A DNA stretch of 64,000 bases, from positions 48,696-112,695 of the forward strand of contig CBDCOS010000004.1 in NCBI GenBank assembly GCA_965219905.1. The letters run 5' to 3'. Positions 8,931 to 16,195 of the stretch are shown piece after piece; within the stretch, counting starts at the first letter, position 1; every line of letters begins with the position of its first letter. The position numbers and the translations under genes were made by a program. Under the pieces are notes generated by a model. That model ran no database searches, was not told where the DNA came from, and saw only the letters and a list, made by a program, of their open reading frames with translations. Origin of the DNA: an uncultured Candidatus Binatia bacterium. GTDB taxonomy: Bacteria > Desulfobacterota > Binatia > UBA9968 > JAJDTQ01.

Positions 8931-9077
8931 ATGGGTCAGGCTGTTGAAGTGACGTGTCCGAGATGCGGTGGGAAGTTCGTCGTGAACCCGCACATGCTGG
9001 GTTCCGGCATGGAGTTTCACTGCCCCTTCTGTGACGCATACTTCCCCGAGGAAGAGAGCCCCAGGATCTGGAAATAG
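8931..9077 (+). CDS. 48-aa zinc-ribbon mini-protein
   Basis: Below the ORF-track length cut-off. My translation is MGQAVEVTCPRCGGKFVVNPHMLGSGMEFHCPFCDAYFPEEESPRIWK, with CxxC-N19-CxxC. AAGGA lies about 8 nt upstream. The stop is 6 nt before the next gene. Confidence 0.55.
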   Translation: MGQAVEVTCPRCGGKFVVNPHMLGSGMEFHCPFCDAYFPEEESPRIWK

Positions 9078-9083
9078 GAGAGC

Positions 9084-10034
9084 TTGTCACCCCACGACTT
9101 CTTCGATTTAGGGCGTCTCTTCCGGTTCCGTGAGGCGCTGGCACGGATTGAAGCCGCCGATGCCCCCGAGGCCGTTCTGCTGGACGGCGCCGGCCGCATC
9201 GAGAGCGGTCGCGTAGGCATCCTGCCGGGCTCCTTCAACCCGCCCACCGTCGCCCACCTGCAACTCGCCGCCGAGGCCCGGCGCCGGTTCCGGCTGGACC
9301 GCGTCGTCTTTTCCCTCAGCAGCGTTATCGTCGACAAGGAACGGCTCGAGGGCCTGTGCCGCGAGGACCGGCTGCTGCTGTTGTATCTGATGGGGCAGGA
9401 GCGCCCCTGGTCCGCCGTGGCGGTTACGAACCGCGGCCTTTACTCCGAGCAGGCGCCGGCATTCCAGGCCCGTTTCGGCAGCGGCGTGGAACTCTGGTTC
9501 GTGGTCGGCATGGACAAGGTACTCCAGATCTTCGATCCGAAGTACTACCGTGACCGTGACCGCGCTCTGGACGCGCTGTTCGCCCACGCGCGCCTCATCG
9601 GCGCCAACCGGGAGGACCGGGGCGGCGAGGATCTGGCGGCGCTGCTGGCGCGGCCGGAGAACCTGCCCTACCGGGACCGGGTCCGCCCGCTGGTGCTTCC
9701 CGCCCATCTCAAGGACCAGTCGTCCAGCGCGGTCCGGCACGGGGTCGCGGGCGATTCGTCATGGGAGGAGTCGCTCCCCGAGGTGGCCCGCGACTTCGTC
9801 GCCGCCACGGGCGCGTTCCGGGACCGGTACGGGTTGCGGGCGGCGGCCATCGACGTGCTCTATCCCCTGAGGCAATGGGCGGAAACCGAGGTGGCGTTGG
9901 AGCGCCTCCTGGCCCGGGGCGCGGAGCCGGGGGCGGCCGGAGAGGCGGTGCGTGAAGTGTTGTGCAGGCCGATGACGCCCGAGTCCCTCATGGACCGGCT
10001 TCGAAGTCTCGGCCTGACGCGTTCCGGTAGTTGA
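9084..10034 (+). CDS. Cytidylyltransferase-fold nucleotidyltransferase (NadD/NMNAT-like) with a C-terminal extension
   Basis: GSFNPPTVAHL matches the (T/H)xGH nucleotidyltransferase signature. TTG start; there is no in-frame ATG before the motif. Confidence 0.6.
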   Translation: MSPHDFFDLGRLFRFREALARIEAADAPEAVLLDGAGRIESGRVGILPGSFNPPTVAHLQLAAEARRRFRLDRVVFSLSSVIVDKERLEGLCREDRLLLLYLMGQERPWSAVAVTNRGLYSEQAPAFQARFGSGVELWFVVGMDKVLQIFDPKYYRDRDRALDALFAHARLIGANREDRGGEDLAALLARPENLPYRDRVRPLVLPAHLKDQSSSAVRHGVAGDSSWEESLPEVARDFVAATGAFRDRYGLRAAAIDVLYPLRQWAETEVALERLLARGAEPGAAGEAVREVLCRPMTPESLMDRLRSLGLTRSGS

Positions 10035-10047
10035 AATCTGCACGACA

Positions 10048-10902
10048 CTAGAACGCCGTGACCGCTTCTTCCCCCTCGACGATGTGGCAGACGGGCATCT
10101 CTTCCGCGTTGTGGGCGTAGCCCACGACGCCCATGCGATCCACCAGAATGACCCCGGCCTGCCCGCCGGTCCGCCGCGCCAGCAGGTCAACGGCCTGCCG
10201 GGCCGCCTCCATGGGGGCCCGTCCCGAGGTCAGCAGGTCCACCGAGGTCTTGGCCAGCACCACCTTGATGATCGCCTCTCCCTGACCGGTGCAGGAAGCC
10301 GCCCCGTCGCCGTTGCCGTAGGTGCCGCAGCCGATCAGCGGCGTGTCCCCGACGCGGCCGGGGAGCTTCAGCGGCGTGCCGCCGGTGGATGTGCCGGCGG
10401 CCAGGCGGCCGGCCCGGTCCAGCGCCGCGCAGCCCACCGTGCCGTGGCTCTGCTTCCAGCGTTCGTGCTGCGCCGGGGTCACGAGGGTCTCGGGCGGGAC
10501 TGAAGGGATGCCGGCGTCGCGTGCGAAATCGCCGGCGCCCCGGCCCGCCAGCAGCACGTGGCGCCCGTCCTCCAGAATCTTCCGCGCCAGCCGTATGGGA
10601 TTCCGGATGCCCGAGACCGCGGCCACCGCTCCAGCTTCCAGGGTGTCCGACATGATCGCGGCGTCCGTCTCGACTTCTCCGGCCCGGTTCAGCGACGATC
10701 CGGTGCCGGCGTTGAACAACGGATCGTCCTCCAGCGCGGCCACGGCCGCTTCGACCGCGTCCAGCGCCGTCCGCCCGGTTTCAATGGCCTTCCAACCGAT
10801 GGCGGCGGCCTTCAGGCATCCGGCGAGCCTCGCCTCGCGCCACTCGCCGGAGCCGCGGCCGGCGCCGCCATGAACGATGATGGCGGGTCGGGGTCCGGTC
10901 AT
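10048..10902 (-). CDS. Isoaspartyl peptidase / L-asparaginase (Ntn hydrolase)
   Basis: IIVHGGAG, DPLFNAGTGS, the autoprocessing site HGTVGCAALD, and GCGTYGN. The real start is MTGPRP at 10902, which overlaps the upstream stop (ATGA). The 726-aa track ORF is an artefactual extension. Confidence 0.85.
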   Translation of the reverse strand: MTGPRPAIIVHGGAGRGSGEWREARLAGCLKAAAIGWKAIETGRTALDAVEAAVAALEDDPLFNAGTGSSLNRAGEVETDAAIMSDTLEAGAVAAVSGIRNPIRLARKILEDGRHVLLAGRGAGDFARDAGIPSVPPETLVTPAQHERWKQSHGTVGCAALDRAGRLAAGTSTGGTPLKLPGRVGDTPLIGCGTYGNGDGAASCTGQGEAIIKVVLAKTSVDLLTSGRAPMEAARQAVDLLARRTGGQAGVILVDRMGVVGYAHNAEEMPVCHIVEGEEAVTAF

Positions 10903-11969
10903 GCCGCCAGTTCGCCGCCGTGGCCGGCGGTGATGTGCCCGAGATGATAGCGGGGGCCGTCGACCGTATACCCGTGGAGCACCGGGTCCTCGGCCAGCAG
11001 CAACGGGGTGTCGAGGTCGATCCATCGGAAGGCGCCGGTGCCGGCGGCCATGTGCGCGCTGAACCCCATGGCCAGCCGTGTCTCCACCATGCCGCCGATC
11101 ATGAGTCCGAGGCCGGAGGCCCGGGCGATGGCGATGATCTCCAGGGCTTGCGCCACGCCGCATTTTGCCAGCTTGATGTTGATCACGTGGGCGAGCCCGT
11201 CCCGGGCGATGTGCAGGGCGTCCTCCGACGTGCGGCAGGACTCGTCCGCGGCTACCGGGACTCCGGCTTCGCGCACCAGACGGGCCTGGCCGTCGCGGTC
11301 GTCCCGCGGGAGCGGTTGCTCCAGGAGCGCGGGCTCCAGCCCCTTTCGGCGGAGCGTCTGCAGCACGGCGAGAGTCTGCGCCACGTCGTAGCCCTCGTTG
11401 GCGTCGAGGATGAGGTCGCTTGTGGGATGGCCTTCGCGGATGGCCTTGACGCGCGCGATGTCGGCGTCCATGTCGGCGCCGACCTTGGTCTTCACGGTGG
11501 TGAATCCCAGGGCGCGGTACTCGGCGGCGAGCCGGCCGGCTTCTTCCGGCGCACAGATGGGAATGGTGATGTCGGTGACGACATGGGCGGCGGCGCCGCC
11601 GAAGAAAGTGAAGAGGGGAATGCCCCAGTTGCGCGCCAGGGCGTCGAAAAGGGCCATTTCCATGCCCGCCCGTACGGTCGGCGCTTCCGGCAGGACGCGG
11701 GCCAGGTCCGCCGCCAGCGGCCTCCATCGCAGGGCGTCCCGGCCGCTCCACTCCGGCGCCGCCCGCCGCACCGCCTCGAGGGCCGTGGTCTGGTCTTCCG
11801 GCGTCACCGTGGGCAGGGTCGGGATCTCGCCCCAGCCGCCGGCGCCGTTGTCGAGCTCGAGCCGGACGGCGACGTTGCGCACCGCGGCCAGCCGGGCGCC
11901 GGCGATGGCAAAGGGAGCCTTGAGGGAGGCGTTCAGGACGCGTGCCTCGATGCGGGTGATCTGCGGCAA
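10899..11969 (-). CDS. Dipeptide epimerase (L-Ala-D/L-Glu epimerase-like, enolase superfamily)
   Basis: Catalytic lysines in TVKTKVG and INIKLAKCG. Metal ligands in DANEGY, LEQP and AADES. Confidence 0.8.
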   Translation of the reverse strand: MPQITRIEARVLNASLKAPFAIAGARLAAVRNVAVRLELDNGAGGWGEIPTLPTVTPEDQTTALEAVRRAAPEWSGRDALRWRPLAADLARVLPEAPTVRAGMEMALFDALARNWGIPLFTFFGGAAAHVVTDITIPICAPEEAGRLAAEYRALGFTTVKTKVGADMDADIARVKAIREGHPTSDLILDANEGYDVAQTLAVLQTLRRKGLEPALLEQPLPRDDRDGQARLVREAGVPVAADESCRTSEDALHIARDGLAHVINIKLAKCGVAQALEIIAIARASGLGLMIGGMVETRLAMGFSAHMAAGTGAFRWIDLDTPLLLAEDPVLHGYTVDGPRYHLGHITAGHGGELAA

Positions 11970-11999
11970 GGTCGGCTTCCGGTGAAAACGTCGCGTTTT

Positions 12000-12023
12000 C
12001 GAATGAACCAGGACACGACACTA
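12000..12023. repeat. Probable solo remnant of the right arm of the 163-bp hairpin element
   Basis: cgaatgaaccaggacacgacacta compared with cgaattaaccagacaccacacta at 58616-58638; followed by gcgc in both places. Confidence 0.4.
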
Positions 12024-12145
12024 GCGCGATTGCGCGGAATAGACCAGCGGGCGGTGCGTGTCGTCGCTTCCTTCGGTCCAATCTGGTACGTTTGCAGCAC
12101 GGCGCGCCGGAGGCGCGCCACCAAGGTCTTGAAGGAGGGTCGGAC

Positions 12146-12943
12146 ATGATCTCCGAAGTCGAGTTCGCTCCGGGCAAAAAGGGCTTCCTGGCGAGAGGGG
12201 ACGAGAGCGGCCGCGCGCCGGCGGTCATCCAGCTCCACGAGCGCTACGGTATCGTCCAGCATACCACCGACATCGCCGAACGGTTGGCCGACAACGGCTA
12301 CGTGGCCCTGGCCCCCGACATGTTCTCGAGGTTCACCGGCGATCGGGAAGCTCTCGCCCGCGGCGACATCGGCGTGGGCATCCGGGACGACCAGGCGCTG
12401 GTGGACCTGGACGAGTGCATCGCCTATCTGCGGGGGCTGGATTACGTGGACGGCAGCCGGATCGCCGTGATGGGGGTTTGCCAGACCGGGCGTCAGCCGC
12501 TGCTGGCGGCGGCCCACCGGGATGATCTGCGCTGCGCCGTGGTGTTCTACGGCGGGATCTACCAGCGGGACTGGGAGCCCCACGAGGAACGTCCGACGCC
12601 GGTGGGCGAGTTCATCGAGCGGTTGTCCTGCCCGGTGCTGGGAGTGTTCGGCGACAGCGACCATATCATCTCGGTGGACGACGTGTTGCGCTTCAGGCGC
12701 GCGCTGGAAGACTCCTGGAAGAACTACTCCATACGTATCTTCAGGGACGCGCCCCACGGCTGGCTCAACGACACCATGCCCGGGCGTTACCGTCCGGAAG
12801 CGTCCGAGGCGGCCTGGAGATTGCTGTTCCGCTTCCTCGATCAGCACCTGGGCGCGGAGGAGCACGGGTCCCGGGTGGCGTGGGAATTCGAAGGCGACAT
12901 TCCCGCGGACTATGACTTCTCGAAAACCGTACGCCTTGCCTGA
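12146..12943 (+). CDS. Dienelactone hydrolase family protein
   Basis: VIQLHERYGI, GYVALAPDMF, VMGVCQTG (nucleophile elbow with Cys) and DAPHGW. GAAGGAGGG RBS before ATG 12146. Confidence 0.75.
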   Translation: MISEVEFAPGKKGFLARGDESGRAPAVIQLHERYGIVQHTTDIAERLADNGYVALAPDMFSRFTGDREALARGDIGVGIRDDQALVDLDECIAYLRGLDYVDGSRIAVMGVCQTGRQPLLAAAHRDDLRCAVVFYGGIYQRDWEPHEERPTPVGEFIERLSCPVLGVFGDSDHIISVDDVLRFRRALEDSWKNYSIRIFRDAPHGWLNDTMPGRYRPEASEAAWRLLFRFLDQHLGAEEHGSRVAWEFEGDIPADYDFSKTVRLA

Positions 12944-13004
12944 CGGGCGCCGCCTGTTTGGATTACCGGTGGGGATTGGGGTAGATTGTCCGGGTCGGAT
13001 CGTC

Positions 13005-13631
13005 ATGGAGAAGACATCGAACCACAGCACCAGCACACAGCCGGGGCCGGGCCGCTGGCGGCTCCTTGCGGCCCTGCTCGTGATCGGCTGCCTGGCCGGT
13101 ACCGGCATCGCCGCGGAAGGCCCGGGACCGGCAGTCGACCGGGCGTTGCAGCAGAGCGTCGCGATCCTCGGTGATTCGAGTCTGGGGGAGAAGGCGAAGC
13201 TGGACCGTCTCCGCACGGTCGTCCTGCCGCTCTTCGACTTCGCCGAGATGTCCCGGCGTTCGCTGGGTTCCCATTGGCGCCGCCGTACCCGCGAGCAGCG
13301 CGAAGAGTTCACCGTGCTTTTCACCCGCTTGCTGGAACATACCTATACGAAACGGATCTCCGCCTACAACGGTCAGCGGACACGGGTGGTGGGAGAGGAT
13401 ATCGACGATCGTTTCGCCCGGGTCGATACCGAGATCGTGGATCGGGACGGACGCAGATTCAAGGTCGACTACCGCATGCACCGCACGGGAGAACCCGCCC
13501 AATGGCGCATCTACGACGTCGTCATCGAGGAGATCAGCCTGGTCAACAACTATCGCGCTCAGTTCAACCGCGTTATCAACCGGAAATCCTTCGAGAACCT
13601 GGTGGAGAGACTGCGAAGCCAGGCCGGCTGA
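13005..13631 (+). CDS. MlaC/Ttg2D-like phospholipid-binding periplasmic protein
   Basis: Signal peptide WRLLAALLVIGCLAG, then FDFAEMSRRSLGSHW, EFTVLFTRLLEHTY and IYDVVIEEISLVNNYRAQF. Confidence 0.7.
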   Translation: MEKTSNHSTSTQPGPGRWRLLAALLVIGCLAGTGIAAEGPGPAVDRALQQSVAILGDSSLGEKAKLDRLRTVVLPLFDFAEMSRRSLGSHWRRRTREQREEFTVLFTRLLEHTYTKRISAYNGQRTRVVGEDIDDRFARVDTEIVDRDGRRFKVDYRMHRTGEPAQWRIYDVVIEEISLVNNYRAQFNRVINRKSFENLVERLRSQAG

Positions 13632-13680
13632 GACCGGGTGCGCGGCGGTCTCCGTCCTGAGGAAAGCATGCTGAGGGTCC

Positions 13681-14400
13681 ATGCCGGATAAGGCCGTTCC
13701 CAGAAGAGCCTCCACCATCGTCCTGGCACGACCGACGGGAGACGGCGTCTTCGAGATCTTCATGACGCGCAGGCCCCGGGAGATGCGTTTCCTGGGGGGG
13801 TTCTTCGTCTTTCCCGGCGGAAGCGTCAAGCGCGCCGACGCGTCTCCGGCCATGCTGGAGCGCTGCCGGGGACTCTCTCCGGACGAGGCCCGGAGCCGGC
13901 TGGGGGACGGGTTGAGCGCCGAGGACGCTATGGCGCACTGGGTGGCCGCCATCCGGGAGCTGTACGAGGAGGTGGGAGTGCTGCTGTGCGTGAGCCAGGA
14001 CAACGGCGCGGCGGTGGAACCGGACAGGCGGGACCGGGTGGTGGCCCGGCGGACCGCCCTGCTGAGCGGCGACGTGGGCTTTGCCGAGCTGCTGGCCTCC
14101 GAGAGGCTCTGCTGCGACGTCGGCAGCCCCGTCTACTTCTACCACCGGACCACTCCCGAGCGGTACGCCATGCGGTTCGATACGCGGTTCTTCCTGGCGC
14201 CCCTCCCGGAGGGCCAGGTGCCGCTGGACGTGTCCGAGGAGGTGACGGAAAGCCTCTGGATCACCCCGGGGGAAGCGCTCCAGCGGGCCGAGCGGGGTCG
14301 CATGGCCGTGATACCGCCGACGTTGGCGACCCTGCGGACCCTGGCCGGGCTCGGTACCTGGGAAGCCCTGTGCCGCGAGTTCGCCCTGGGCGGACCCTAG
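13681..14400 (+). CDS. NUDIX hydrolase family protein
   Basis: FPGGSV...AAIRELYEEVGV reads as a Nudix box (GX5EX7REUXEEXGU-like). Confidence 0.65.
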   Translation: MPDKAVPRRASTIVLARPTGDGVFEIFMTRRPREMRFLGGFFVFPGGSVKRADASPAMLERCRGLSPDEARSRLGDGLSAEDAMAHWVAAIRELYEEVGVLLCVSQDNGAAVEPDRRDRVVARRTALLSGDVGFAELLASERLCCDVGSPVYFYHRTTPERYAMRFDTRFFLAPLPEGQVPLDVSEEVTESLWITPGEALQRAERGRMAVIPPTLATLRTLAGLGTWEALCREFALGGP

Positions 14401-14488
14401 GAGCCGAGTCCGGAAACCTTCGTTCGATCAAGAGGTTGCAACCGCCGGACCCGGTTCCCGGACACGGTGGGAGGGAGCAGTCGATACC

Positions 14489-16135
14489 ATGAGAACGGTG
14501 GATGTGATCGCCCATATCCTGAGGCGCGAGGGAGTTGACTATCTGAGCGCGTTTCCGACCTCGACCCTGATCGAGGCGGCGGCGGAGAGCGGCATCCGCC
14601 CGGTCATCTGCCGCCAGGAGCGGGTGGGCGTGGGCATCGCCGACGGCTACAGCAGGGTCAACAATGGCCGCCCCCCGGGGGTTTTCGCCATGCAGTTCGG
14701 TCCGGGCGCGGAGAACGCCTATGCCGGGGTGGCCACGGCATACTCCGACGCCGTCCCGGTGCTGCTTTTGCCCCTGGGGCATACGCGGGAGCGCGACGGC
14801 GTGTTCCCCCAGTTCAGCTCGCTGAAGAACTACGCTCCCATCACCAAGTTCGTGGAGCAGGTCACCACGGCCGACCGGGTCGTCGACACCATGCGGCGCG
14901 CCTTCGCCAGGCTCAAGATGGGGCGCCCGGGCCCGGTGATGGTGGAGATTCCCGCCGACGTGGCCGGGGAACAGCTCGACCCCGCCGTGCTGGAGGCCTA
15001 CCGGCCGGTCAAGGCCACGGTCTCGGAGGCGGATCCGCGGGACGTCATGGCCGCGGCCAAGGCGCTGCTGGACGCCCGGGACCCGGTGATTCACGCGGGC
15101 CAGGGCGTGCTCTACGCCGAGGCGGCGCCCGAGTTGCTGGAGCTGGCGGAGCTTACCGGCATCCCCGTGATGACCACCATGGGCGGCAAGAGCGCGTTCC
15201 CGGAAACGCACCCGCTGTCGCTGGGCAGCGCCTCGGGCGTGATGAACCGGCCGGTGTACCACTTCCTCAAGCAGGCGGACGTGGTCTTCGGGCTGGGCAC
15301 GAGCCTGACCCGCCACCCCATGACCACCCCCATGCCGCCGGGGAAGACCTTCATACAGGCGACGGACGATCCCATCGACATCGGCAAGAACTACCACGTC
15401 GACCATCCCATCGTCGGCGATGCAAGGCTCGTGCTGAGGCAGTTCGTCGAAGCCGTCAAGGAGTTGTCGAACGGCGGCTCGCGGACCGGACGGTCTCCCG
15501 CGGCGAAGATCGCCGAAGTGCGGGCGGGCTGGCTTCAGGAGTGGGCCCCGAAGCTGACTTCCGACGAGGTGCCCATCAACCCGTACCGGGTGATCCGGGA
15601 GTTCATGGACGCCGTGGACCCGGCCGAGGCCATCGTCACCCACGATTCCGGGAGCCCGCGGGACCAGCTCATGCCGTTCTACCGGTCCGCCGGGCCGCGC
15701 TCTTACCTGGGATGGGGCAAGTCCCATGGCCTGGGCACCGGGCTGGGGTTGAACCTGGGGGCCAAGCTGGCGGCACCCGACAAGTTCGTGGTCAACTTCA
15801 TGGGGGACGCGGCCTTCGGCATGACCGGCCTGGACTTCGAGACCGCGGTGCGGTCGAATCTGCCCATACTGACCATCGTGCTCAACAATTCCACCATGGC
15901 GGTGGAGACCCGCCACATGGCGCTGTCGCACGAGCGTTACGGCACCAGGGACCTCGGCGGCAACTACGCGGACATGGCCCGGGCCATGGGCGGCTGGGCG
16001 GAGCGGGTGGAGGACCCTGCCGACGTGGGGCCCGCCATCGTCCGCGCCCGGCGGGCGACGGAGGACGGCAAGGCCGCCTTGCTGGAGTTCATTACCGGCC
16101 CGGAGATCGAGTACTCCCACAAGGGCGCATTTTAG
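14489..16135 (+). CDS. Thiamine-diphosphate-dependent enzyme (acetolactate-synthase-like fold)
   Basis: N-terminal Pyr domain (GVGIADGYSR, GPGAENA) and C-terminal PP domain (NFMGDAAFGMTG...VLNNS). Confidence 0.8.
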   Translation: MRTVDVIAHILRREGVDYLSAFPTSTLIEAAAESGIRPVICRQERVGVGIADGYSRVNNGRPPGVFAMQFGPGAENAYAGVATAYSDAVPVLLLPLGHTRERDGVFPQFSSLKNYAPITKFVEQVTTADRVVDTMRRAFARLKMGRPGPVMVEIPADVAGEQLDPAVLEAYRPVKATVSEADPRDVMAAAKALLDARDPVIHAGQGVLYAEAAPELLELAELTGIPVMTTMGGKSAFPETHPLSLGSASGVMNRPVYHFLKQADVVFGLGTSLTRHPMTTPMPPGKTFIQATDDPIDIGKNYHVDHPIVGDARLVLRQFVEAVKELSNGGSRTGRSPAAKIAEVRAGWLQEWAPKLTSDEVPINPYRVIREFMDAVDPAEAIVTHDSGSPRDQLMPFYRSAGPRSYLGWGKSHGLGTGLGLNLGAKLAAPDKFVVNFMGDAAFGMTGLDFETAVRSNLPILTIVLNNSTMAVETRHMALSHERYGTRDLGGNYADMARAMGGWAERVEDPADVGPAIVRARRATEDGKAALLEFITGPEIEYSHKGAF

Positions 16136-16195
16136 CGACCCGTATCGAAGCCGGCGGTCCCTGCGCGGAGGCCGCCGGTACGTGAAGAGGATTCC

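Noticed and set aside
10044-10051. Additional gacactag occurrences (10044-10051, 19938-19945, 35264-35271) as further element ends
   Set aside because: They match only 8-10 nt. Each contains a stop codon or coding sequence of a real gene: the asparaginase stop, the heptose kinase C-terminus, and the Mo-subunit TAG. CTAG naturally coincides with stops on either strand. Only the 12000-12023 fragment has extended similarity.
12092-12145. Longer N-terminus for the dienelactone hydrolase (track ORF start 12092)
   Set aside because: ATG 12146 is preceded by GAAGGAGGG at the right distance. The extra 18 residues are not family-like.
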